Origin: Acidobacteriota bacterium
GTDB taxonomy: Bacteria; Acidobacteriota; Thermoanaerobaculia; Gp7-AA8
Assembly: GCA_019244185.1 (NCBI GenBank)
Contig: JAFATB010000025.1
Coordinates: 128,001-192,000, forward strand
DNA: 64,000 nucleotides
Direction: 5' to 3'
The notes beneath the pieces are model-generated. The model searched no databases. It was not told the origin of the DNA and worked only from the letters and a program-made list of their open reading frames with translations. This document shows, piece after piece, positions 1-10,500 of the stretch (positions within the stretch are counted from its first letter, which is position 1; each line of letters starts with the position of its first letter). The translations under genes and the position numbers were made by a program.

Positions 1-1
1 C

Positions 2-1612
2 GGCGTGCGGCTCCTCGAGTCCGCCGCGATCGAAGTGCCGTCCGTCATCGGCTCGCTGCGTCCGGTGATCCTCCTGCCGGCGAGCACGCTCACCGGCCTC
101 ACGCCCGAACAGCTCGAGATGGTGCTCGCGCACGAGCTCGCGCACATCCGCCGTCACGACTTCCTCGTGAACCTCCTCCAGGCGTTCGTCGAGACGCTGA
201 TGTTCTATCACCCGGCGGTGTGGTGGATGTCGCGCCGCGTGCGCATCGAGCGCGAGCACTGCTGCGACGATCTCGCCGTCTCGGTGTGCGGCAATCCGCT
301 GCAGTACGCCCGTGCGCTGACCCGCCTCGAAGAACTGCGCGCGGCCGCGCTGCCGGTCGTCGTCGCCGCGAACGGAGGCTCGCTCCTCGAGCGCATCCGC
401 CGCATCGCCACGCGCCGCACCGAGCTCACCGCCTCCAGCCCGCGCTGGACCGCCGCCGTGGCCATGCTGGTCATCGTCGGCGCGGCGCTGGCCGTGCCGT
501 CGCTCCCGGCGCTCGCACAGCGCGACACGAGCAAGACCGCGAAACACGCCGACGCGAAGAAGAGCGACGCGAAGAAGTCGTCGTCGCGCGTCGAAGTCGT
601 CGCGCCCGAGAGCAACAACGAGCACGAGGACGACATCACCATCGACAACTCGATGGACGATGACGCCGACAACGACACGAACAACGACAACGACGACGAT
701 TACGCGATGCCGGCCATCCCGCCGACGCCGGGCATGCCCGCCGCGCCGCCGGTGCCCATGGTCGCACCGTCGATGCCTTCCGCTCCGGCGATGCCGGGCA
801 CTCCCGCCCTCCCCGCGCCGCCCGCGATTCCTGCCGCTCCGATGATCGCGGGCATGCCGCATCCGATGGTCGCGCCGCGCGCCCCGGTCGCCATGGCCGC
901 GCTGAATGACCCCGACGTCGATGTGGACGTCGACGCCGACGTCGACGTGGACACCGACTCCGATGAGCGCGATCCGCACGACCGCAAGCTCTCCGACGGC
1001 AAGCTGACGGTCGACGAGCTGATCGCGATGCGCGCCGTCGGCGTGACGCCGCAGTACGTCAACGAGATGCGCGCGCTGTTCCCCGACGTCACCGTGCACG
1101 AGCTGGTCGGCGCGCGCGCGGTCGGCGTGTCCACCGAGTACGTGCGCAAACTGCGCGACGCCGGCATCGAAGTGAAGTCGGCGCGCGCGGCGCAGAACCT
1201 CGCCGCCGTCGGCGTCAAGCCGGAGTTCATCCGCGCCATGCGCGACACCGGTCTGGCGGTCAACAACGCGCACGACGCGCAAGGCCTCGCCGCCGTCGGC
1301 GTCACCGCGGAGTTCATCCGCTCGATGCGCGACGCCGGCATGAGCATCACCACCGCCCGCGAGGCGCAGGGTCTCGCCGCCGTCGGCGTCACGGCGCAGT
1401 ACATCCGCGACATGCGCGCGGCCGGCGTGCAGATCCACGACGCCCGCGAGGCGCAGAGCCTGCGCTCGATGGGCGTCACGCCGAAGTTCGTGCACCAGCT
1501 GGCCGACGCCGGCTACGCGAACCTCACCGTGCGCGAGCTGGTGCGCATGGCCGCGAACGGCGTCGACGGCGATTTCATCCGCGAGATGGAGCAGTACCGC
1601 AGCAAGCAGTAA
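2..1612 (+). CDS. BlaR1/MecR1-type M56 family metallopeptidase sensor, 5'-truncated by the window edge; C-terminal tandem ~29-aa repeats
   Basis: HELAHIRRHD zinc motif, FYHPAVWW and EREHCCDD M56 signatures; TM segment, acidic/Pro-rich linker, 7 'GV(T/S)xx(F/Y)(I/V)xxMRxxG' repeats. Confidence 0.9.
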   Translation, partial: GVRLLESAAIEVPSVIGSLRPVILLPASTLTGLTPEQLEMVLAHELAHIRRHDFLVNLLQAFVETLMFYHPAVWWMSRRVRIEREHCCDDLAVSVCGNPLQYARALTRLEELRAAALPVVVAANGGSLLERIRRIATRRTELTASSPRWTAAVAMLVIVGAALAVPSLPALAQRDTSKTAKHADAKKSDAKKSSSRVEVVAPESNNEHEDDITIDNSMDDDADNDTNNDNDDDYAMPAIPPTPGMPAAPPVPMVAPSMPSAPAMPGTPALPAPPAIPAAPMIAGMPHPMVAPRAPVAMAALNDPDVDVDVDADVDVDTDSDERDPHDRKLSDGKLTVDELIAMRAVGVTPQYVNEMRALFPDVTVHELVGARAVGVSTEYVRKLRDAGIEVKSARAAQNLAAVGVKPEFIRAMRDTGLAVNNAHDAQGLAAVGVTAEFIRSMRDAGMSITTAREAQGLAAVGVTAQYIRDMRAAGVQIHDAREAQSLRSMGVTPKFVHQLADAGYANLTVRELVRMAANGVDGDFIREMEQYRSKQ

Positions 1613-1638
1613 AGACGTTGACCAACAGGAGAACGATC

Positions 1639-2643
1639 ATGAAGCGTATTGCGACGCTCGCGCTCGTCGTGTCTTTGCTCGCCGCCGCCTCCGCGTTCGC
1701 CTCGTTCGAGGGCTCGTGGACCGCGAGTCCGGACGAGAAGCACCCGGAGCGGCTCTACTTCAGCCTCAGCCACCGCCATCAGTTCAACAACGGCTCGACG
1801 ATGAACATCGCCGAGTTCACGGGCCTCAGCGACGCGGCGATTCACGCCGCGACGTCGACGCCGGTGCGCTTCGAGCTGCGCCGCGAGGCGGGGCTCGTCG
1901 CGTTCGACGGCTCGTTCCGCAACGGCCACGGCGCCGGGCAGTTCACCTTCACCGGTAACCCCGATTACGTGAACAAGCTGCGCGCGATGGGCATCGACGT
2001 CGACCTGCGCAAGCACCACCGCCACGATGACGACGACGAGGCCATCACCGAGGAGGAAACGCTCTTCACGATGGCGCTGCTCGACGTCTCCACCGACTAC
2101 ATCAAGTCGATGCGCGCGGTCGGCTACGACGTCTCGCTCGATCAGTACCTCTCCATGCGCATCTTCCGCGTGACGCCCGAGCTCGTGCGCGAGCTCGGCT
2201 CCCTCGGCTTTCGCAACATCGAGGCGGACGATCTCATCACCACGCGCATTCACGGCGTCACGCCCGACTACATCCGCCAGATGCGCGCCGCCGGCTGGAA
2301 CCTCACGCTCGACGAGCTCGTGACCAGCCGCATTCACGGCGCGACCCCGGAGTTCGCCGCGGAAATGAAGAGGCTCGGCTACGGCGATCTCAGTCACGAC
2401 CGCCTCGTCGAGTTCCGCATCCACGGCGTCTCGCCGAAGTTCATCAGCGACCTCCGCGACCTCGGCTACGACCACGTCCCCGCGGAGAAGCTCGTCGAGA
2501 TGCGCATCTTCCGCGTGACGCCGGAGTTCATCCGCGAGCTCGCGAAGGCCGGCTACAAGCGCGTGCCGGTGGAGAAGCTCGTGGAGATGCGCATGCACGG
2601 CATCGACGCGAAGTTCCTCGACAAGATGAGCAAAGTGCAATAG
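1639..2643 (+). CDS. Secreted protein with ~7 tandem 28-29-aa repeats homologous to the M56 C-terminus
   Basis: AGGAG SD before ATG 1639; signal peptide MKRIATLALVVSLLAAASAFA; IHGVTPDYIRQMRAAG-type repeats. Confidence 0.85.
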   Translation: MKRIATLALVVSLLAAASAFASFEGSWTASPDEKHPERLYFSLSHRHQFNNGSTMNIAEFTGLSDAAIHAATSTPVRFELRREAGLVAFDGSFRNGHGAGQFTFTGNPDYVNKLRAMGIDVDLRKHHRHDDDDEAITEEETLFTMALLDVSTDYIKSMRAVGYDVSLDQYLSMRIFRVTPELVRELGSLGFRNIEADDLITTRIHGVTPDYIRQMRAAGWNLTLDELVTSRIHGATPEFAAEMKRLGYGDLSHDRLVEFRIHGVSPKFISDLRDLGYDHVPAEKLVEMRIFRVTPEFIRELAKAGYKRVPVEKLVEMRMHGIDAKFLDKMSKVQ

Positions 2644-2665
2644 CCGGCACCGCCGGCTATTGCAC
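2635..2665. terminator. 14-bp perfect inverted repeat between convergent genes, containing both stop codons; candidate bidirectional terminator
   Basis: GTGCAATAGCCGGC-ACC-GCCGGCTATTGCAC; no U-tract. Confidence 0.55.
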
Positions 2666-5600
2666 CTTCACCGCCGCGACGTAGCGAATCTCTCCGCCGC
2701 CCTCGGCCAGCCGGAACGGCTCGATGTCCACCTTGTCGTCGCCGCGCTGGATGATCACGATGCCGCGGCTGATGCCCATCGGCCCCGCCGCGAAGTAGCG
2801 CACGCCGACGTGATAGACGCCGTGCTGCACACGGCTCGTGCGGATGACTTCCGGGCCGAGCCCCTGCGTGATGTCTTCGTAGAGCTCGAGTCCCGCCGCG
2901 CTGCGCGGATTCGAGTAGTACACCTCGGTACCGGCCGGCTCGACGACGTGCAGGTCGACGTCGTTCGCGTCGGTCTCCCACGCCAGCGTGATGCGCAGCG
3001 CGTCGCGGCGCGCGAGGTCGACGTCGTGCTCGCGCGCGCGGTCTGCGATCTCGTCGCGGCGCGACGGGTCCTTCGCCTGCCACGCGCGGTACACGTAGCC
3101 GAGCTCCTCGCGCAGCACGCGGTGCACGTTGCCGTACCAGTTCGGGAACTCCTTCGTCGTCGCCGACTCGAGCAGGCGCGCGGCTTCTTCGATCCGGTTG
3201 TCCTGCCATAGCAGCAGCGCGAGACTGCGATAGCCGTTCGCGCGATCGGGGCGCAGTTCGAGCGCGCGGCGCAGCGGCGCCTCGGCGATCGACGCGCGGC
3301 CGACGCGCACGAGCAGCAGACCGGCGCGCTGCAGCAGTTCCGGTTTCGCGGGCGCGAGCTCGATCAGCGACGCGTACGCGCGCGCCGCTTCGTTTGCGTT
3401 GCCGTCGTGCTCGTCGGCCATGCCGAGGAGCTCGTAGACCTGCGGGTTCTCCGGGTCGTACGGCTGCCAGCGCAGTGCGAGGCGGCGCAGCGACGGCCAT
3501 TCGCGGAGCGCGGCGAGCGTCTCACCGAGCTGGTTGTACAGCTCGCGGTTGCGCGGATCGTTCTTCAGCTGCGCTTCGAGCTCGTCGATGCGCGAACGCG
3601 GCGGCGCGGCGTCTTTCGTCCAATCCGAACCATCGCGCGATGCGCCGGGATCCCTGTCGCGCCGTTGGCGTTCCGCCACGCGAGGAGGAGGCGGCGGCGC
3701 CGGCGGCTCCGGCACGGGATGCGGGACGTCGACCGCCGCGCGCTCGCGCGGCGCTTCCGCGGGCTGCAGCACCGGCGCGGCGGCCTGCACCGCCACCGCA
3801 TCGCGCGCCTCGTTGCGCGCGTCGATCACACCGCCCACCACGCCGCCCGCGACGCCACCCACGACACCGCCTTCCACGCCACCTTCGACACCGCCTTCGA
3901 CACCGCCCGGCACGCCTTCGGTGACGGCGATGCTCTCCGACTGGACGTTCGGCGGCGGGGCGTTTTCCACGGACACCGCGGATTGCGGCACGACGCGCGA
4001 GGCCGCCGTCGTCTTCGCCACCGGCATCGGACGTCCCGGCGGCAGCGGATCGCGATGGTCGATGCGCCCGATCCCGCCCGCGTCGATCGCGAGGATCGCG
4101 GCGAGCGCGCGGCGGTCGAGACCGAAGCGCTGGTAATCCCATTCGCTTTCGAGCACGAGCATCGTCGTGCGCGGAATGACCACGCGCTGTTCGGTGCTGA
4201 TGCGCACTTGCTCGGTCGCGAGCGCGCGGCGCACCGCGTCGGACGGCTCCGACGCCTCGCGCGCGGCGAGATAGTCGAGGTACGCGCGGTATGCCTCGCG
4301 TTCGAGCAGCGGACCGAACGTCGCATCGAGCCGCTGCGCTCCGTTCGCCCGCTCGGAGGCGACGGAGACCTGCGGCTCGGAGCCGACGCGCGACTTGCCG
4401 AGGACGAGAATCTCGTCGCCGTCGGCGACGTCGTCAAAGTGCGTCGGGTAGAGCCATTCCGCCGCGGGATCGGACGCATCGAACGACGCGCCGAGCGGCG
4501 CCTGCAGCAGACGCGCGGCTTCGCGAGCGTTCGTATCGAGCGTGGCGGTGAACGGCACGCGCACGATGCGGCCGCGTCCCGCGGTGAGCGTGCGCGCGAG
4601 TGAGGCTTCCTCGCGCGCGCCGAGGATGAGCGCGTGGACGCGGGCGTCGCGAGGCAGCGCGGCGATCGCGGAAGTCAGCTGATGCGACTCCGTTTCGCCG
4701 AGCGTGGCCACGAGATCGCTGGCGACGACGATGTTGCGCGACGCGCTCGCGTTGCGCGCGAGGTCGCGGAAGAGCGCGGAGAGATCGGTGCCGCCGAGGA
4801 AGAGGCGATTGCGAAGGAGGTCGCCGACGCGCGGCGCGAGGTCGGCGGCGGTGCCGTTCGCGAGCGGCGCGAGCTCCTGATCGAAGGCCACGAGACGCAC
4901 GCTGTCGTTCGGCGGCAATGCGCCGAGGAGCTGTTCGAGCGCGCGGATGCGATGCGGCGCGGATTCGGCGGAGGAAGCGGAGGTGTCGACGTAGAAGAGC
5001 CACGCGTGCGGCGCTGCGACTTTCGACTGCGCGACCGGCGGACGAAACGCCGCGACGTAGAAGTCGCCGGCGCGCAGGATGCGCGCGCGCGGCGCGTCGG
5101 CGGTGGCCTGCCAGGTCATGACGAGATCGCGGTCGGGCGTCCAGTCGCGTTCATCGAAGCGCGTGACTTCGGCGGTGGTCGTGGTCAGCTTGCCCGCCGT
5201 CTCCTCGCCGGGCACGGGCGTGACGAAGCCGCGGAAAGTCAACTTGTTGATCTTCGGCAGGCCGCGCAGCGGCAGCGCGTACGTGCGGACGCCGCCGCGC
5301 ATCGGCAGCAGTTGCGTGTACGAGACGAGCAGCCGCACCGGCGCGTTCGGATCGATCGGGAAGATGCGCGCGGAGAACCGGTTCCCCTGGTCCTGCTCGA
5401 GCAGCGCCGGGTCGCGCATCTGGTGGAGGAACTGCTCGTACACCTGATTCGCGCGCAGCCGTTCAACGACCTCGCCTTCCATCAGCGCGCCGTTGATCTC
5501 CTTCGCGAAGCGGCTGATCGCCGCGTCGGGCGGGAGCGTGCACGTGAAGCGCCCTTCGATGCGCCGTGCCTGCGGATTCCGGAAGCGCAGCTCGAGCTCC

Positions 5601-5860
5601 GTCAGCGACAGCATGCCGTGAATGGCCGTGCGCGCGGAGAGCTCTTCGAGCACGAGCTCCTGCCCGTCGGGATCGGCGAACGTGATCAGCGGCGCGGCCG
5701 CGACAGGCGGCGCCGGCTTCGCCGCGAGTGCCACCGGCGCCGCCCGCTCCCCGCCCTTCGGCGCGCTCGCGGCACCGCGCGGTTGCACCGCGGAATGCGG
5801 CATGGTGGTACGAATCGAGAGAAGAAGCGCGGCAGCGGCGAGAACGAACTTCGTGTTCAT
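2657..5860 (-). CDS. VIT + vWA-like + TPR + DUF2135/YfaP-type domain protein
   Basis: N-terminal VIT (ELRFRNPQARRIEGRFTCTLP...DPALLEQ), vWA-like YVDTSASS, TPR helices, C-terminal LAWETDANDVDLHVVEP...DITQGLGPE. Confidence 0.85.
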   Translation of the reverse strand: MNTKFVLAAAALLLSIRTTMPHSAVQPRGAASAPKGGERAAPVALAAKPAPPVAAAPLITFADPDGQELVLEELSARTAIHGMLSLTELELRFRNPQARRIEGRFTCTLPPDAAISRFAKEINGALMEGEVVERLRANQVYEQFLHQMRDPALLEQDQGNRFSARIFPIDPNAPVRLLVSYTQLLPMRGGVRTYALPLRGLPKINKLTFRGFVTPVPGEETAGKLTTTTAEVTRFDERDWTPDRDLVMTWQATADAPRARILRAGDFYVAAFRPPVAQSKVAAPHAWLFYVDTSASSAESAPHRIRALEQLLGALPPNDSVRLVAFDQELAPLANGTAADLAPRVGDLLRNRLFLGGTDLSALFRDLARNASASRNIVVASDLVATLGETESHQLTSAIAALPRDARVHALILGAREEASLARTLTAGRGRIVRVPFTATLDTNAREAARLLQAPLGASFDASDPAAEWLYPTHFDDVADGDEILVLGKSRVGSEPQVSVASERANGAQRLDATFGPLLEREAYRAYLDYLAAREASEPSDAVRRALATEQVRISTEQRVVIPRTTMLVLESEWDYQRFGLDRRALAAILAIDAGGIGRIDHRDPLPPGRPMPVAKTTAASRVVPQSAVSVENAPPPNVQSESIAVTEGVPGGVEGGVEGGVEGGVVGGVAGGVVGGVIDARNEARDAVAVQAAAPVLQPAEAPRERAAVDVPHPVPEPPAPPPPPRVAERQRRDRDPGASRDGSDWTKDAAPPRSRIDELEAQLKNDPRNRELYNQLGETLAALREWPSLRRLALRWQPYDPENPQVYELLGMADEHDGNANEAARAYASLIELAPAKPELLQRAGLLLVRVGRASIAEAPLRRALELRPDRANGYRSLALLLWQDNRIEEAARLLESATTKEFPNWYGNVHRVLREELGYVYRAWQAKDPSRRDEIADRAREHDVDLARRDALRITLAWETDANDVDLHVVEPAGTEVYYSNPRSAAGLELYEDITQGLGPEVIRTSRVQHGVYHVGVRYFAAGPMGISRGIVIIQRGDDKVDIEPFRLAEGGGEIRYVAAVKVQ

Positions 5861-5901
5861 GCGTGCTTAGAGCACGCGGTGCGGGGAAAGAAAACCGCGA
5901 G

Positions 5902-6168
5902 TTAATGAGACTCCGGTTGTGGAGCGCGTATCCCGCGAAGAATTCCGGCGATGCTTAGATCCTCGTCGATCTGAGGCCAGTGAATGCCTTCGCCATCACC
6001 GATGAGTTCCCAATCGTCGCGCTGCTCCTGGGTTGCATGCAGCAGGCGTGGATACCACACGAGAGGCGCAGAAATCCGCCGGCCATCGATGAGGTGCACG
6101 GTGAGCTCGTCTCCAGAGACGGCGACGTTCATCGCGCGAGGTTCGGATTCAAATGGCAAAGTGCTCAT
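5902..6168 (-). CDS. DUF2442 family protein (putative antitoxin-like)
   Basis: LxDGRxISxPLxWYPRLLHATxEQRxxWELIGxGxGIHWPxIDEDLS signature; lower GC than its neighbours. Confidence 0.85.
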   Translation of the reverse strand: MSTLPFESEPRAMNVAVSGDELTVHLIDGRRISAPLVWYPRLLHATQEQRDDWELIGDGEGIHWPQIDEDLSIAGILRGIRAPQPESH

Positions 6169-6297
6169 TCCAAGCCGCGAGCCGGCTCGTTGCCTCGTTG
6201 CTATAAAAGAAGAAGCGATACGGCCCAACATCGGCGAGCTTCGGCACCTCTCGATTCTCCCACGCTCAAACGCGTTGCCGCGACCACGCTGCGCACG

Positions 6298-7374
6298 TCA
6301 GTGCCGCACCGACCGCCGCCGCTGCTGCGGATCGGGCGGTGGTGGCGGTGGCGGAGGCGGAGGTGGTGGCGGGGGCGGCGGATGCGTCGACGGTTGCCAC
6401 CCGAGCTGGATGACCTCGAAGTCGCTCCCTTTGATCGCGGCGAACGCGGGGTTGAGCGTGTCGTTGTCCCAGCGGATGTCGTACGTGCCGGTGACGTAGA
6501 GGTCCGTGCCATTGTCTGCGACGATGAGGCCGTAGGTCTTCATCGCCTGGAAGATCTTGCGGGCGGCGGGCGGGAAGCGCGTGAGATCGACGCTCGCCTT
6601 GAGGCGCAGCCGCGCGCCCATCGGCAGCGCGCCGGCGGTGCTGCCCGCGCGGTGCGACGCGGGATAGACGTAGCCGTTCGAATGGCGCACGGTCACGCGG
6701 AACGCGTGGCGGATCGGATCGGGTCCCGCGACTTCGTCGTAGCGCACGAGTCCCGGCAGGATCGCGAGTCCCGCGGCATCCGCGCTCGTCCACCCTTCGG
6801 GGCGCCGCGCGTTCGAGTCGAGCGCCCACGTCGCGCCGGAACCCGCTTCCCACCGCGAGCCGGTCCAGTGCAGCGCGTAGAGCTCGAAGAGCAACCGGTG
6901 ATCGCGGTCGACGATCAGCATGTGCCGGTCGCCGTCCGCGCGCGGATCGCTGCCGGCGAGGCCGCCTTCGATCCACTTCTGCTGCGTCTTCGCCTCTTCC
7001 GGGATCGGATAGCCGGGCGGGCGGCCGGGGGCGGCGAAGTCGCTCTCGTCGTCGTACTCAAACGTCACGGGGACGAGAGGCTGACTGCCGGAGACGACAA
7101 TGTACGGCATGCCGTAGATCGGCGCTTCCGCATCGCCGCTGTCGCCGCCGAAATCGGGATGCATGCCGCGCGTCGTGCCGATGTCGGCGATGAAGGCGTT
7201 GCTGTGCGCGTCGACCGGCGCCGACGTGACGTCGGTGTTCCACCAGTTCGACAGCGGAAAGAGCGGCAGCGGCGGCGGGAGGGTGCCGCCGCGATCGGGT
7301 GCCTGCGCGGCGGCCGGAAACGCGAGCGCCGCGGCGAGCACGATCGCGGCGAGGACAGCGGCGGCGGTTCGCAT
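6298..7374 (-). CDS. Secreted hypothetical protein with poly-Pro linker and C-terminal RRRSVRH
   Basis: Signal peptide MRTAAAVLAAIVLAAALAFPAAAQA; globular domain (WWNTDVTSAPVD...YGLIVADNG); genome-typical codon usage. Confidence 0.85.
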   Translation of the reverse strand: MRTAAAVLAAIVLAAALAFPAAAQAPDRGGTLPPPLPLFPLSNWWNTDVTSAPVDAHSNAFIADIGTTRGMHPDFGGDSGDAEAPIYGMPYIVVSGSQPLVPVTFEYDDESDFAAPGRPPGYPIPEEAKTQQKWIEGGLAGSDPRADGDRHMLIVDRDHRLLFELYALHWTGSRWEAGSGATWALDSNARRPEGWTSADAAGLAILPGLVRYDEVAGPDPIRHAFRVTVRHSNGYVYPASHRAGSTAGALPMGARLRLKASVDLTRFPPAARKIFQAMKTYGLIVADNGTDLYVTGTYDIRWDNDTLNPAFAAIKGSDFEVIQLGWQPSTHPPPPPPPPPPPPPPPPDPQQRRRSVRH

Positions 7375-7530
7375 GCCGCGATTCTGGGACGACGACGCTT
7401 CTCTACGCGTGACGCCACTCACGTCCACGGCGCCGGGAAGGACGTAGATTGCTCGTGGGTTCTGAGGATTCCATAACTTATTTCGAGTAGAATTCGGACC
7501 GCTTCAGCATCCAGGTCCGAGGAGAGCTTC

Positions 7531-10500
7531 ATGAATCGACGGTGGTCGGTCGTTGTTGCCGTGGCGGCGCTGTGCCTCGCTCCCGCGTTGTACGGGACGA
7601 CGAACTACCAGAGTAACGGCGCGGGCGGCGGCGACTGGCTCCTGCCCACCACGTGGTCTCCCCTCGGCATCCCCGGCGCGGGCGACACCGTCACCATCGT
7701 CGGCACCGACACCGTCATCGTCACCGGCATCGTCAGCGCGGACAGCATCACCGTGCAGGGCGGCCAGCTCGAGCTCGATCTCGCCGGCTTTCTCACCGCG
7801 AATACCGTCACCGTCAACGCGGCCTTCGCGAACGCGGCCGTGGTGCTCAACGGCGGCGCGCTGACGACCACGGGCAACATCGACATCGACGGCGGCTCGT
7901 CGACGAGCGCGCAACTGCAGTTCGGCGCGCTCGGCGGCACGCTCAACGACGGCGGCAGCCTGAATTTCGCGGGACTGCTCAAGCAGCTCACGTTCTCCGG
8001 CGCCGGCACGCTCAACATCGCCGGCGACCTCGGCGCGGGCGCCTCGTTCCTCGCGGGCGGCTCGACCATCAACTTCAATGGCAGCGGCCCGCAGACGATC
8101 AACGCCTACACGTTTCACGACTTCAGCGTCAGCAAGGCGACCGGCACGGCGACGTTGAATGGACCGATCACCGTCAACGGCAGCTTCGCCGTGACGAGCG
8201 GCGTGCTCGACGACGGCGGCAACCAGATCTCGCTCAACGCCGGCAGCTCCTCGAGCATCACCATCGGCACCAACGGCGTGCTGAAGCTCGGCAGCGCGGG
8301 AAGCGCGACCTCGTTCCCGACGCCGTACGCGAGCATCTTCTTCTCGCCCGGCAGCACGGTCGTCTATCACGCCGGCGTCGCGCAGTCGGTCAACGACGCG
8401 TTGACGTACCAGAACCTGTGGATCACGACGGCCGGCGGCTCGGTGACGCACACCTCCGCGGGACCGACGCTCAACGTGAACGGCACGCTCACCATCCTCA
8501 ACAACGGCGCGAACACCGCGACGCTCTCGATCGGCAGCAGCGCGCTCGATCTCAACGGCAACCTCGCCGGCGACGGCACGCTCAGCGCCACCAGCGGCGC
8601 GATCAACATCAGCGGCGACTGGGCGGCCACCACGAACCTCAGCGCCGGCACCGGCAGCACCGTCACGTACGACGGCGCGTTCGGCTCGCAGAACGTCGGC
8701 GGCGTCACGTACAACAACCTCACGATCAACAAGCTGCTCGGCACCGCGACGCTCGCCGGCGCGGCGACGGTCAACGGCAATCTCAACATCACCGCCGGCT
8801 CGTTCGACACGGGCGGACAGTCGCTCACCGTCGGCGGCACGCTGACGAACGGCAGCACGCTCGTCGCCGGCGCGAGCAACGTCATTCTCGGCGGCAACTT
8901 CACGAACAACGGCGCTCTCTCCGGCGCCTCCGCGACGTTCAAGCTGAACGGCACCGCCGCGCAGACATGGACCAACAACGTCGGCGTCACCGTCGGCACG
9001 CTGGAGATGAACAACCCGGTCGGCGCGACGCTGAGCGGCGCCGGCGGCATCAGCGTCAGCACGCTCCTCAAGCTCAACGGCGCAAACGTCACCGTCGGCG
9101 GCGGCGGTCTCTTCGTCGACGTGCTCGCGCTCATCAGCCGCACGAGCGGCTGGATCATCGGTCCGCTGACGCTCGGCATGAACCCGAGTCCCGCGCGCAC
9201 GTTCCCGATCGGGACCGCGTTCGCGTATCTGCCGGTCGATGCCGACTCCGGCAGCGCGGGCCAGCTCACCATCGAAGCGGTCGAAGGGAAGCATCCGTCG
9301 CGCACCGGCAACAACGTGCTCGATCGCTACTGGCGCATCGAGTCGCCGTCGTCGGTCACGCCGATCGACGCGCTCACGTTCCACTACAACGCCGGCGACG
9401 TCACCACCGGCACCGAGTCGCAGTACGGACTCGCGCAATATTCGGCCGGCATCTGGACGCGGAAAGGCGACGTCGTGGACGAGGTCAATCACAACGCCGG
9501 CCTCACGAACGTCACCGGCTACTTCAGCGACTGGATCATCGGGCAGCCCGGCAGCACCGGCGGCGCGTCGAAGCTCGCCATCACCGGCGTCAACGGCGGC
9601 TCCGATCCGGGCGTCGGCGCACCGTTCGCGGTCAACATCGAGTCGCAGAACGACTCCGGCACGCCGACCTCTGTCAGCAGCGGCACCGTCGTCGCGCTGT
9701 CCGTCCTCGCCGGCGCGGGACCGCTCGGCGGCACGACCAGCGGCACCATCTTCACGAACAACAGCACGCTCACGATCAACAACGTCACGTACGGCACCGC
9801 GGAGAACGGCGTCGTGCTGCGCGCGACCGCGACGAGCGGCGATACGCTGGCCTTCGGCGACAGCACGCTCTTCAACGTCACCGCGGCCACGACGCTGACG
9901 GTGACGAGTCTCGCCGACTCCGGCGCCGGCACGCTGCGCGATGCGATCGCGACCGCGAACGGCGGCGGCTGCACCTCGCCGTGCACGATCAACTTCAGCG
10001 TCAGCGGCACGATCAATCTCACCTCCGCGCTCCCGACGATCACCGCGTCGAATCTCACCATCGACGGCTTCACGGCCCCGGCGTCGCTCGCGAATACGAA
10101 CGCGTTCGGCCTCGCCTTCAACGCGTTCCTCGGCATCACGCTCGACGGCGGCAGCTCGACCGCCGCCGCGCTCGACGTGCAGGCCATCGGCGCGAAGATC
10201 CGCGGCTTGGTCATCCGGCACTTCACGAGCTACGGCGTCCGCTTCAGCGGCACGAACACCGGCTCGATCCTCTCCGGCTGCTCGATCGGCACCGACGGCG
10301 GCATCGCCGCGGCGAACGGCATCGGCGTGTATGTCGACGGCGCGAACGGCGTCACGATCGGCGGTACCGCGCCCGCGGACCGCAACCTGATCAGCGGCAA
10401 CACAAACGCAGGCGTCTCCATCATCAACGCCTCGAGCAACATCACCGTCGAAGGGAACTACATCGGCACGAGCGCGACCGTCACCAACGTGACCCCGAAC

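Noticed and set aside
6330-6382. GGC/GGT trinucleotide run as a contingency repeat
   Set aside because: Encodes a poly-Pro linker with mixed codons; length changes would not shift the frame.
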